Assembly (NCBI GenBank): GCA_017936365.1
Contig: JAGBFS010000021.1
Span: 1-55,699 of the forward strand
Direction of reading: 5' to 3'
DNA from: Clostridia bacterium
GTDB lineage: Bacteria > Bacillota > Clostridia > Oscillospirales > Acutalibacteraceae
DNA length: 55,699 bases
A model generated the notes under the pieces. That model was not told the origin of the DNA. It saw nothing but the letters and a program-made list of their open reading frames with translations, and searched no databases. This document shows, piece after piece, positions 27,097 through 36,000 of the stretch. Within the stretch, counting starts at the first letter, position 1, and each line of letters begins with the position of its first letter. A program made the translations under genes and the position numbers.

Positions 27097-27819
27097 CTAT
27101 TTTATGTAGATTATATCGTTTTCGGCACAATAATCTATTATCGCCTGAAGCTGTGTTTCCGACTCTGCATCTAATAACATTTCGTAAAGCCTGTCAGCAT
27201 ACACTCTGAATTTATCGGCATCATCCGCTACCGTTCCTCCAAAGAGCATATTGTCGCGATAATACTCAAACTTCCTTGCACAGAATTCGGTATAAGCAAC
27301 CATAAACCCGCATTGGGTAAACATGACCTCAAGCTCAGAGGGATCCTCTCCTCGTGCCTCTTTAAAAAGCTGCTCATATTTTGCCATGAACTTATAATCA
27401 TCGGCTTTGCCTTCTGAATTAATAAGATCCGCCATAAGATCTTTAATATTGTCGTTTCGGACATCGGCAACAAGTGCCAAACTTGCGCTGTATACATCAT
27501 TGGAAACGTCGGTTTCGTTGAACTTGCTGCCCATAGCTCCCGGATTCTGGCGGAAGATATATATGACGGTGATAACCACAACCACCATCGCAACAATACC
27601 AACAATAGAACCGGCGGCGATGCCTGCTCTCTTCAGATTTTTCTTTGAATAGAATTTTTCGACCGGTGCAAGCGCTATAAGAGGAACTGTCGTTGATTGA
27701 CTTGCCTCATAACCTCCGGATTGTGCAGATTTATCTACTGCGACTCCGCAGCCGGTGCAAAAATTCGCGTCATCGCGAAATACTTTTCCGCATTTGCTGC
27801 ATGTTGCCACAAGCACCAC
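27097..27819 (-). CDS. Zinc-ribbon membrane protein (start codon uncertain among clustered GTGs at 27819/27816/27810)
   Basis: CSKCGKVF...FCTGCG, one TM helix, helical C-terminal domain. Ends in TAG. Confidence 0.65.
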   Translation of the reverse strand: MVLVATCSKCGKVFRDDANFCTGCGVAVDKSAQSGGYEASQSTTVPLIALAPVEKFYSKKNLKRAGIAAGSIVGIVAMVVVVITVIYIFRQNPGAMGSKFNETDVSNDVYSASLALVADVRNDNIKDLMADLINSEGKADDYKFMAKYEQLFKEARGEDPSELEVMFTQCGFMVAYTEFCARKFEYYRDNMLFGGTVADDADKFRVYADRLYEMLLDAESETQLQAIIDYCAENDIIYIK

Positions 27820-27927
27820 TCCCTAAAAATTATTTTACAGAGTTAATTATGTCACATTTCTCCCGAAACGTCAATATCTCTTAACAAACAATTTAAAATT
27901 ATTCTTTCTATGCACGCTTTTGTTCGA

Positions 27928-27956
27928 TTGACATTTTTGTGTTTTGTCTGTATATT
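27928..27956 (+). promoter_or_regulatory. Sigma-A-type promoter of the GT2 gene
   Basis: TTGACA, 17-bp spacer, TATATT, about 30 nt upstream of AAGGAG-ATG. Confidence 0.5.
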
Positions 27957-27987
27957 AGAATTTATACATAATATATAAGGAGTTTTC

Positions 27988-28941
27988 ATGAAGCTAAGTG
28001 TTATTATTCCCTGCTATAATGAGGAGGAAACTGTAGCATCTCTCTTTTCCGAGATGTGCGAGGTCTTCTCGTCACGAGGGATCGAATTTAATGCCGTTTT
28101 TGTGGATGACGGTTCAAAGGATTCAACCGCTCAAAAGCTTTCCGAAATTGCTTCCAAATCGGATCATCAGGTCAAGGTGGTCTATTTTTCCCGCAATTTC
28201 GGAAAGGAAGCCGCTATATATGCCGGTCTCCAACAGGCCGACGGCGAATACACCGCCATCATGGACGGAGATATGCAGCACCCGCCTGCGGTAGTTGCCG
28301 ATATGGTCGACTATCTTGATTCCCATCCCGATACCGATTGCGTGACCGCCGTTCAGAATCAGCGCATCGAAGGATGTGTTCTTTCGTTTTTCAAGCGCTC
28401 ATTCTATAAGATCATAAACCGCGCCGCATCGGTTGAATTTGTTTCCGGAGCCAGCGATTTCCGTGTATTTCGCCGAGCGATGGTCGATGCAATACTGAGC
28501 ATATCTGAATATTACCGTTTTTCAAAGGGCATATTCTCGTACGTCGGATTCAACACGCATTATATGCCGTATATAGCAAGAGAACGCGGCGGCGGAAAAA
28601 CCAAATGGTCTTTCGGCAAGCTTTTCCGCTATGCAATGGACGGAATAATCGGATATACCACTGCACCCCTTAAGTTTCTCTCCCTTGTCGGAACCCTGAT
28701 GTCAATTGCATCATTTATCTATCTCATCTTTATCGTAATAAAACGCCTTGCCTTCGGCGATTCGGTCGCCGGCTTTGCAACTCTTGCATCGCTCATTCTC
28801 CTTCTTGGCGGTATCCAGCTTTTGGGACTTGGCATCATCGGCGAATATGTCGGAAGAAACTATGTGGAAACAAAAAAGCGCCCAATATATATTGCAAGAA
28901 AAATAACCGACAACCGACAAAATAAAAAAGATTCGGAATAA
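27988..28941 (+). CDS. Family-2 glycosyltransferase, polyprenyl-phosphate sugar transferase (GtrB-like) with two C-terminal TM helices
   Basis: LSVIIPCYNEE, VDDGS.D.T, and a DGD..H motif. C-terminal TM pair. Confidence 0.88.
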   Translation: MKLSVIIPCYNEEETVASLFSEMCEVFSSRGIEFNAVFVDDGSKDSTAQKLSEIASKSDHQVKVVYFSRNFGKEAAIYAGLQQADGEYTAIMDGDMQHPPAVVADMVDYLDSHPDTDCVTAVQNQRIEGCVLSFFKRSFYKIINRAASVEFVSGASDFRVFRRAMVDAILSISEYYRFSKGIFSYVGFNTHYMPYIARERGGGKTKWSFGKLFRYAMDGIIGYTTAPLKFLSLVGTLMSIASFIYLIFIVIKRLAFGDSVAGFATLASLILLLGGIQLLGLGIIGEYVGRNYVETKKRPIYIARKITDNRQNKKDSE

Positions 28942-28984
28942 AAAACAACGACCGCGCCAAAATGGTACGGTCGTTATCTTTTTA
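28942..28984. terminator. Bidirectional terminator (GT2 gene on +, structured RNA on -)
   Basis: aaaaacaacgaccg...cggtcgtt atcttttt. Confidence 0.65.
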
Positions 28985-28987
28985 TGA

Positions 28988-29195
28988 GAGCCCACCCGGA
29001 CGTATCGCACTTTAAATAACCTGCCTACGAAAAGCAGGTGGGTGCCATCCCAACGGTTTCACGCTCCCTTCTTCCATTAACCGGTCAAAGCCGTAACGGG
29101 AGGTCTGCAATCTGCCGTCGGAGCCTGGCTCCCTTTTAAAAAAGTGTAGGGTTATAAAAGCGCAGTCCGCGCGCCGGGCAGGATATCAAGCTTTT
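28988..29195 (-). ncRNA. ssrS: Structured roughly 190-200-nt RNA, rod-like; candidate 6S RNA (ssrS)
   Basis: Nested helices pair only on the minus strand, through G.U wobbles. They are 29174-29182/28991-28999, 29157-29164/29006-29013, 29150-29155/29016-29021 and 29146-29149/29025-29028. Sits between a gene end and a terminator. Extended -10 TGGTATACT upstream. Confidence 0.5.
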
Positions 29196-29246
29196 TAATT
29201 ATCTGGCTTTAGTATACCACATCAGCAAAGAAAATAAACAGGAAAT

Positions 29247-29534
29247 TTATTCCTCTTCGTAAAGCTCAGAAAATCTTTCTTCAAAAATTTCAGCAAGAGT
29301 ATCGAGGAGCTCGTCATCTTCGATCTCCGTAAGCTCTTCCTCGCCATCGCTTTCGATAACCTGAAGAATGTAATATTCGCTCTCTTCCTCACCTGCAGCA
29401 TTTTCAATATACGGAAGAAGTGCAACATAACGACCGTCATCGGTCTCTATCGCGTCAAGCAGCTCGAACTCGTGGGTCTTTCCCTCGTCGTCTATAAGTG
29501 TAATAAGGTTTGCATTGTATTCTTTTTCTGCCAT
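29247..29534 (-). CDS. DUF1292-family small acidic protein
   Basis: ...ITL.DDEG....FELLD.IE.DG..YVAL.P pattern with an acidic C-terminus. Confidence 0.82.
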   Translation of the reverse strand: MAEKEYNANLITLIDDEGKTHEFELLDAIETDDGRYVALLPYIENAAGEEESEYYILQVIESDGEEELTEIEDDELLDTLAEIFEERFSELYEEE

Positions 29535-29617
29535 AATTTAAGACCATTCCTTTCCAGCAAAAAGGGCTTGGTGTTGATCCAATCTCAAATCATACCGATC
29601 CTTTTGCTTACAAAATG

Positions 29618-29646
29618 ATTTTAACCGTTTCCGGCTCCAAAGTCAA
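29618..29646 (-). promoter_or_regulatory. Sigma-A-type promoter of the DUF1292 gene
   Basis: Minus strand: TTGACT (29646-29641), 17-bp spacer, TAAAAT (29623-29618). Confidence 0.55.
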
Positions 29647-29705
29647 CAACAATATTGTCTAATGGCTATTTGCACAAAAATTTTTATCTTTTTATGTTTT
29701 TTCTA

Positions 29706-29734
29706 TTGACAAACACGTTATGGTATGCTATTAT
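29706..29734 (+). promoter_or_regulatory. Near-consensus sigma-A promoter with no annotated gene downstream
   Basis: TTGACA (29706-29711), 17-bp spacer, TATTAT (29729-29734). Confidence 0.55.
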
Positions 29735-29799
29735 ATAGACAACAAAAGAGAGATAGAAAAGTTAAGAACAAAACATCAAAATGAAAGAAGGTGTTGCCC

Positions 29800-29862
29800 A
29801 TGTACTGTTCAGATGAAATACAGATCATAGGCTTTTGCACCTGTAGATCTACCTCCCGATAA
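29800..29862 (+). CDS. Candidate 20-codon Cys-rich sORF (MYCSDEIQIIGFCTCRSTSR)
   Basis: ATG lies 6 nt after GAAGGTG and about 60 nt downstream of the 29706 promoter. No homology evidence. Confidence 0.25.
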   Translation: MYCSDEIQIIGFCTCRSTSR

Positions 29863-30332
29863 ACAAAGGGCATCTCGATTCTAACAGCAACCGAAAATAA
29901 AAGCTTCGGCTTCTGCACGGTTTGAATGGTGCTATCCTATAAGGTTTGAATTCAGGGAAGGATCGGTACAAAAGCTGTCACCACAGTTAAAGTTGATGAT
30001 ATCGTAAAAAACTTAATACGTGAAAAATCGATCCAATCAATAAGACTGCTAAAAGTGATACGACGGTATCCTCCAGCCGTACAGCCAGTGCAAGCAACTG
30101 TAATGCGACTACCCGGATGGACAGCAGCAATCCACAGGCAGATATGTGGCGGTAATTCATCAGCTTAATGTATCGACATAGTGCAAAGCCTGAAAGGCTA
30201 AAATCAGCCAAAACAAAATTTACATATATAAATCTATAAAAAGGTGAGTCCAATGAAATAATCGGTGGCTCAAAGCCAAAATCGATATACAATATGTAAT
30301 TTTATAAAATAATATAAAGATATGTATTTAAA

Positions 30333-30369
30333 AACCGCTTCTTTAAGTATAAAGAGGCGGTTTGTTTTT
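30333..30369 (+). terminator. Plus-strand intrinsic terminator
   Basis: 12-bp stem 30333-30344/30351-30362. It contains a U.G pair (30339/30356) that would be A.C on the minus strand. Followed by tttgttttt. Confidence 0.6.
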
Positions 30370-30380
30370 GTGGTTTGGAA

Positions 30381-30415
30381 TAAAAAACCGACAGCTCAAA
30401 CTTTTAGCTGCCGGT
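30381..30415 (-). terminator. Minus-strand intrinsic terminator of the 30429-31112 gene
   Basis: 10-bp stem 30387-30396/30406-30415. It contains a pair that is G.U on the minus strand and A.C on the plus strand. T run on the minus strand. Confidence 0.6.
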
Positions 30416-30428
30416 CAAATTATTATAT

Positions 30429-31112
30429 TTATTTGTTCTGCGGTAAAACAACCGTCTTTTCAATAACGATCTCGGGACGCTTCTCTGCAGGCTTTTCTGC
30501 CTTTTCCTCTTTTTCTTCCTTCTTTACTTCATTTGTTTCTGCAGGCTTCTGCTCCTGTTTGAAATCATTCTGACGTCTGCCGTTCTTATTCTTTTTGTTT
30601 CTGCCTCGGTTTTTATCGGTACTGTCGATAGCACTTCCATCCTTCATGAGCTGGAGCATGCAGTTGTCCAAAACCTCACGATGATAAATATATCTTGTAA
30701 CATTGCTCATAACCGGGCGTGTCTTGACAACCTCAACACCGTCAACGATGTCATAATACTCCTCTTCCCCAACCTGCTCAAGTGTGGTAAGAGATACAAA
30801 TGAGCCCTGCAGCATACCGTTAACGCGCATATAGTCGAGCTCATTAAGAGATACACCGAGATAATCTGCTGCATCATACTCCGTAAGGAAGCTGAGCATC
30901 GGCTGCTGAAGCGACATCGTCGAGCTGTCTTTTTTGCCGCGGCCAACGGTCATTCCGCTTACCAGAAGGAATGCCGCACCGACAATACTTATGCTTAAAA
31001 TGATAATACCAATAATAAACGCTGCTGTATTCATAATTAATTCAACCATACCTTTCTGCTCATAAATGATTGAGCTCTCAAGATCCGAATCTAACATTTC
31101 ATATGGAATCAA
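30429..31112 (-). CDS. Hypothetical membrane-anchored protein with an excisionase/MerR-like HTH segment and a Lys/Glu-rich tail (start uncertain: 31112 TTG, 31049 or 31034 ATG)
   Basis: One TM helix (AAFIIGIIILSISIVGAAFLLV), then ...EYDAADYLGVSLNELDYMRVNG..., then a KE-rich tail. Confidence 0.6.
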   Translation of the reverse strand: MIPYEMLDSDLESSIIYEQKGMVELIMNTAAFIIGIIILSISIVGAAFLLVSGMTVGRGKKDSSTMSLQQPMLSFLTEYDAADYLGVSLNELDYMRVNGMLQGSFVSLTTLEQVGEEEYYDIVDGVEVVKTRPVMSNVTRYIYHREVLDNCMLQLMKDGSAIDSTDKNRGRNKKNKNGRRQNDFKQEQKPAETNEVKKEEKEEKAEKPAEKRPEIVIEKTVVLPQNK

Positions 31113-31206
31113 TTATAATGATATTTTCTTTCAAGTCAAGTCAGAAAGGGCGAGCTTTTGGTAAAACGTGAAAATTTACGTCTTATTAATTAAATATCAC
31201 CAAATC

Positions 31207-32532
31207 TCATCCCTGTTGAGATGTCTGTGCCTGATTTTCCTTTATCTCAATATCATTTTCATTACAATAGTCTTTATAGTATTCATAAGCCTCTCTGTAC
31301 ATTCTTTCCTTTGATGTTCTTTCTTCTGCGAGCTCTTCACAGTTTTCCATACACATCAGTACAGCTTTATCTCTATACATTTTTGCCGTTGCTGCACAGG
31401 AACCTCCCTGTTCAATATACAGATCAATAGCAGCCAGCGAGTCGCTGTTTTCATTTATTATTGTTTCCGGTCCTCTGTTTTCAACCCTTTCAAGAGAAGT
31501 TTCAACATTTTTAAATGAATCGAACTTTTCAAGCTCGTTGCACAACACTACGAGTTCAGAGAAAATTTCGTCCTCTCCAATGCAGTATCCTTTTGCAGTA
31601 TTTATATTCCTTTTGCTTAATTTTTCTATACCTATACTTATATATTCAACCGCACTGTTAAAGTTATCGAAATCGCTATTCATACCAGGCTGTGACGGCT
31701 TATCACTATAAAGCCGTTTGATATCGTCAAATGAATAGCCAAGTCCTATAGCCTGCGCAGCTTCATACGAAAGTGTAATTTCTTTACAAGTTGTTATATT
31801 TGCGATTTCTCTGTTTGCGGCACTTCTCAAAATCTCATTGTCCGATCCGCTGTAACTGCGAAGACGGCTGAGTACATCATCAACATCATCATTGATATTC
31901 AATGACGTTTCCGGATATAATATCGACGGCTCACTCAAAGCATATGCAAAGCTTCCGTTGTGATTGCTTCCTCCAAAGAGCTTATCAACATCCATTAATA
32001 CCGCATTGGCTGTATTGTAAAGCTCTAACTCCGCCTTTTTTTCTTCGCTTTCCGTCTCTCCCAACTTTTCTCTCGCTTGCTGGAGATAAGCTTGCGCACC
32101 CTGATAGTCGGAATCGCTTATTTTCTGTATTGCCTGGGCAATATTATGGTCAAACGAAGATCCTTCTGTCTTTCCAATACCGTTCCCATTACCCGATACT
32201 ATGAGCATTATTATAACTATAACCGCAACGATTAAAAATCCGCCAAGCACATATATCATTGCTTTTCCTGTATTCCCTTGCTTTTCTGAATCAGCAGGTC
32301 TGTCCATCATGACCGGCTGCGAACTAAACTGTGCATATTGAGGAGAAGCAGGTGCAGGAATTACTGCCGGCGGTACGACAGGAGCCGGTACTACAGCAGG
32401 CACAGGCTGATTAACCTGAGGCTTTACTGCTGCCGGCTCCGGCTTTTTAAGTATAACCGTGCGTTCCTCTTTATCGCTATCGGGAAGGTTTGTTATTGTT
32501 TCCGTTACTTTGAAAAAAAACTGATTATTCAT
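31207..32532 (-). CDS. Hypothetical single-pass membrane protein (Pro-rich N-terminus, helical C-terminal domain)
   Basis: 441-aa ORF. PAVVPAPVVPPAVIPAP tract, TM helix, long helical ectodomain. Confidence 0.6.
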   Translation of the reverse strand: MNNQFFFKVTETITNLPDSDKEERTVILKKPEPAAVKPQVNQPVPAVVPAPVVPPAVIPAPASPQYAQFSSQPVMMDRPADSEKQGNTGKAMIYVLGGFLIVAVIVIIMLIVSGNGNGIGKTEGSSFDHNIAQAIQKISDSDYQGAQAYLQQAREKLGETESEEKKAELELYNTANAVLMDVDKLFGGSNHNGSFAYALSEPSILYPETSLNINDDVDDVLSRLRSYSGSDNEILRSAANREIANITTCKEITLSYEAAQAIGLGYSFDDIKRLYSDKPSQPGMNSDFDNFNSAVEYISIGIEKLSKRNINTAKGYCIGEDEIFSELVVLCNELEKFDSFKNVETSLERVENRGPETIINENSDSLAAIDLYIEQGGSCAATAKMYRDKAVLMCMENCEELAEERTSKERMYREAYEYYKDYCNENDIEIKENQAQTSQQG

Positions 32533-32665
32533 AGTGTTTTACACCACCTTTTCTTTCGTTACATATCTTTTCCAGCATCTCTTTATTAATATAATATTTT
32601 ACCATATTTCACTATTAATAATCAATAAAAAACTCAATATTGTTTCATTTATATCTCTTCAATTA

Positions 32666-32715
32666 AAAAATCTCCTTTGCTGATGCATAAACCAACATCA
32701 TCAAAAGAGATTTTT
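32666..32715 (-). terminator. Long hairpin terminator after mnmA
   Basis: aaaaatctcctttgctgatg / catcatcaaaagagattttt (2 mismatches), with a T run on the minus strand. Confidence 0.6.
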
Positions 32716-32725
32716 CGTCTATAAT

Positions 32726-33775
32726 TTAGTTTCTTATTACGCGATTTATTATCGCACCGCCAATAAGACGATCCTCATCATAAAATACTGCTGATTGTCC
32801 CGGCGTGATGGCTCTTTGCGGCTCATCAAATATGATTACTGCTTCGTTGCTGTTAATGGTTATCATGGCATCTGCTGCTGCAGCGGCATAACGTGGTTTA
32901 ACCTTTGCCCGAAAAGAACCATCCTTAATGTTTCCATCAATGATGTTAATATCGCTGCATTGTATCTTGCTGCTGTACTGACTTCCCTCCGGGCCAAGAA
33001 TAACATTTCCGTTATCAAACGCTACCACATACATCGGCTGTGACAGACTTATTCCCAAACCCTTTCTCTGTCCAACGGTGTAATTTTCAATACCTTTATG
33101 CATTCCTAAAATATTACCGTTGCTGTCAACAAAATTACCGGGTTGAGAAAAACCACTAAAGTTATCATATAGAAACTTTTTGTAATTACCATCCGGAACA
33201 AAGCATATATCCTGACTGTCTTTCTTTCCGGAGGTCGGAAGACCCGCTTCCTGCGCCAGTTCACGCAGTTCTTCCTTTTCATACCCCCCTATCGGGAATA
33301 AAACATGGGACAGTACTCGCTGTGTAAGCATCCAGAGAACATAGCTCTGATCCTTGTTTTTGTTTGCGCGAAAAATCTGATACTTTCCATCAGCTTCGTT
33401 TTTTATTATTTTTGCATAATGTCCCGTAGCTATATAATCATATCCGTTTTCAAGCGCGTAATCAAGCATTGCACCAAATTTTATATTGCGATTACAGGTT
33501 ATACACGGGTTGGGAGTATTTCCGATTTTATATTGCTCTGCAAATTCTTCTATAACACATGAATAAAACTGCTGTCTTAAATTGAGAATCCTGTGTTCAA
33601 TTCCAAGATGCTCACAAACATAACGCGCGTCTGCAACATCCTGCGATTCTTCTGATGATTGCGGAGAAAGAAGCATCGTTACGCCGCAAACATCATATCC
33701 TTGTCTTTTCAAAAGCAGAGCGGCGGCAGAAGAATCCACGCCGCCGCTCATACCTAACATTACTTTTTTGCTCAC
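32726..33775 (-). CDS. mnmA: tRNA 2-thiouridine(34) synthase MnmA
   Basis: [11 protein letters not shown]-loop, C..C motif, full length. GTG start overlapping the serS stop. Confidence 0.93.
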   Translation of the reverse strand: MSKKVMLGMSGGVDSSAAALLLKRQGYDVCGVTMLLSPQSSEESQDVADARYVCEHLGIEHRILNLRQQFYSCVIEEFAEQYKIGNTPNPCITCNRNIKFGAMLDYALENGYDYIATGHYAKIIKNEADGKYQIFRANKNKDQSYVLWMLTQRVLSHVLFPIGGYEKEELRELAQEAGLPTSGKKDSQDICFVPDGNYKKFLYDNFSGFSQPGNFVDSNGNILGMHKGIENYTVGQRKGLGISLSQPMYVVAFDNGNVILGPEGSQYSSKIQCSDINIIDGNIKDGSFRAKVKPRYAAAAADAMITINSNEAVIIFDEPQRAITPGQSAVFYDEDRLIGGAIINRVIRN

Positions 33776-35049
33776 TTTATCAAATCTGTGCCCATGAAGT
33801 CGCGAAGGATTTCAGGTATAGTAACCGAACCGTCTTCGTTCTGGAAGTTTTCAAGGATAGCTGCTGTAGTTCTGCCTACCGCAACACCCGAACCGTTAAG
33901 AGTATGGATCATCTTTGCCTTATCCTTGGGGCCGTTCTTGAATCTGATCTTCGCTCTTCTTGCCTGATAGTCCTCAAAGTTAGAGCAGCTGGAAATCTCA
34001 ACATATCGACCATAAGAAGGCATCCATACCTCTATATCGTATGTCTTTGCAGAACAGAAGCCAAGGTCACCACCGGAAAGTGCAACTACTCTATACGGCA
34101 GACCAAGCATCTGAAGAACTCTTTCTGCATCGTTTGTAAGTGATTCAAGCTCATCATAGCTCTTTTCCGGATCAGCAAACTTAACAAGCTCTACCTTATT
34201 GAACTGATGCTGACGGATAAGTCCTCTGGTATCTCTTCCGGCAGAACCTGCTTCTGCTCTGAAGCAGGCAGAATAAGCACAATACTTGAGCGGAAGGCTG
34301 CTTCCTTCAAGAATATCATCGCGGTACATATTGGTAACCGGAACCTCTGCTGTCGGAATAAGGTAAAGCTCTTCATTCGAAAGCACATAAGCACCCTCGT
34401 TCTGAACAAACTTCGGATACTGACCTGTACCAATCATCGAATCGCGGTTGACCATATACGGAGGAAATACTTCTGTATACCCGTTCTGTGTATGAGTATT
34501 GAGATAGAAATTAACAATAGATCTCTCAAGACGTGCGCCGAGACCCTTATAAAAATGGAATCTTGCACCCGATACTTTACCGGCTGTTTCCGGATCGAGA
34601 ATATCAAGAGCTGCACCAAGCTCCCAATGCGGCTTCGGTTCAAAATCAAATTTACGAGGCTCGCCCCATCTTCTTATTTCAACGTTATCACTGTCGTCCT
34701 TGCCGCACGGTACGCTCTCATGCGGAGTATTAGGAATATTGAGAAGCAGATCACGCTGCTTTGCATCAAGATCGGTGAGTTTAGCATCGCCTTCCTTTAT
34801 TTCATCAGAAAGCTTTTTGAGTTCTTCCATAAGAGCAGTTGTGTCCTCCCCTGCCTTTTTAAGCTGGGGAATCTTCTTGCTTGCAGCATTCTGTTCTGCC
34901 TTCTTGCTTTCTACCTGTTGGATGACTTCTCTTCTCTGGCTATCAATGGCAAGAACCTCATCGATCATCTCACTATAGCCTTCGCCTCGTTTTGCAAGCT
35001 TTGCCTTTACTTCTTCTGTTTGATTTCTGATAATATTTATATCAAGCAT
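33772..35049 (-). CDS. serS: Seryl-tRNA synthetase
   Basis: N-terminal coiled coil (MLDI..IR), class II motifs ([30 protein letters not shown]). Confidence 0.95.
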   Translation of the reverse strand: MLDINIIRNQTEEVKAKLAKRGEGYSEMIDEVLAIDSQRREVIQQVESKKAEQNAASKKIPQLKKAGEDTTALMEELKKLSDEIKEGDAKLTDLDAKQRDLLLNIPNTPHESVPCGKDDSDNVEIRRWGEPRKFDFEPKPHWELGAALDILDPETAGKVSGARFHFYKGLGARLERSIVNFYLNTHTQNGYTEVFPPYMVNRDSMIGTGQYPKFVQNEGAYVLSNEELYLIPTAEVPVTNMYRDDILEGSSLPLKYCAYSACFRAEAGSAGRDTRGLIRQHQFNKVELVKFADPEKSYDELESLTNDAERVLQMLGLPYRVVALSGGDLGFCSAKTYDIEVWMPSYGRYVEISSCSNFEDYQARRAKIRFKNGPKDKAKMIHTLNGSGVAVGRTTAAILENFQNEDGSVTIPEILRDFMGTDLIK

Positions 35050-35104
35050 TGTATATTTATCCTTTCTTTTTTGTATAAAATTGAATATTATTTATATATT
35101 TACA

Positions 35105-35962
35105 TTAATACTCTTCTCCGGCTAACCTGTTTGCCATATCTGCAAGCTCTTCAATAGAGAAAAACGGTATTTCAAGTACACCCTTTTTTTCATTTCCTGT
35201 GACTTTGATTTTTCTATGGAGTGCCTGCGAAAGAGCTATCTGTACTTCATCAAGCTGACTGTTTCTATCCGACCGGCTCTTTCCGGATTTATCTCCTGAT
35301 TTTTCGCTTTTGACAGCCTTTTCTATTTCACGGACATTCATCGACTTTCTGACCGCAAGATCAGCCAATCGAAGCATTTCATCTTCATCATTGAGCTTCA
35401 GCAAAGCCCTTGCATGTCCGGCTGTCAGATCTCTGTCCTTAAGCATCTTTTTTATGCTGTCGGGCAAATCCAACAATCTTACTGCATTTGCTATTGCCGG
35501 TCGGGATTTTCCTACCCTTTCAGAAACCTGCTCCTGTGTCATTCCATAATCTTTAATAAGATTCTTAAAGCCTTCAGCTTCTTCTATCGGGTCAAGATCC
35601 TCTCTTTGAAGATTTTCAATAAGCGCAAATTCTGCGACTTCCTTATCAGTCAGCTCACGGATAACAACAGGAACCTCTTTTAAACCGGCAAGCTGCGCTG
35701 CACGCCATCTTCTTTCACCGGCAACTATCTGATATCCGCCTTCTGTCAAAGGACGCACAATAAGCGGCTGAATTATACCGACCGCTGCTATAGAATCGGC
35801 TAATTCTGTCAGCGCACTCTGTTCAAATGTTCTTCTGGGCTGATTCTTATTAGGTTCAATTTCTGTCAGCTTCATTTTTTGCGCTGACTGCGCCGAATCG
35901 GAAGCATTATCTTCAAAAATTGCATCTAATCCTTTTCCAAGCCCGCCTTTTCGCTGTGCCAT
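35105..35962 (-). CDS. parB: Chromosome partitioning protein ParB/Spo0J
   Basis: GLGKGLDA, I.PN..QPR, GERRWRAA, LIENLQRE.L motifs. Confidence 0.93.
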   Translation of the reverse strand: MAQRKGGLGKGLDAIFEDNASDSAQSAQKMKLTEIEPNKNQPRRTFEQSALTELADSIAAVGIIQPLIVRPLTEGGYQIVAGERRWRAAQLAGLKEVPVVIRELTDKEVAEFALIENLQREDLDPIEEAEGFKNLIKDYGMTQEQVSERVGKSRPAIANAVRLLDLPDSIKKMLKDRDLTAGHARALLKLNDEDEMLRLADLAVRKSMNVREIEKAVKSEKSGDKSGKSRSDRNSQLDEVQIALSQALHRKIKVTGNEKKGVLEIPFFSIEELADMANRLAGEEY

Positions 35963-36000
35963 TGCTTCAATCCCCCTTTATAACTTAATTATTAGTAATT

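Noticed and set aside
28985-29246. SRP (4.5S/scRNA), RNase P or tmRNA identity for the structured RNA.
   Set aside because: There is no GGAAGCAGC / GNRA helix-8 motif (the nearest string is GGAAGAAGGGAGCG). There is no GAGGAAAGUCC P4 motif and no tRNA-like GGGG...CCA ends. The size and rod shape fit 6S RNA better.
29800-29862. Agr-type quorum-sensing reading: the 20-aa Cys peptide as AgrD, the hydrophobic antisense ORF as AgrB, and the GHKL kinase fragment at 55328 as AgrC.
   Set aside because: The peptide is half the usual AgrD length and has no amphipathic leader. The hydrophobic ORF is on the opposite strand and far shorter than AgrB. The kinase lies 25 kb away.
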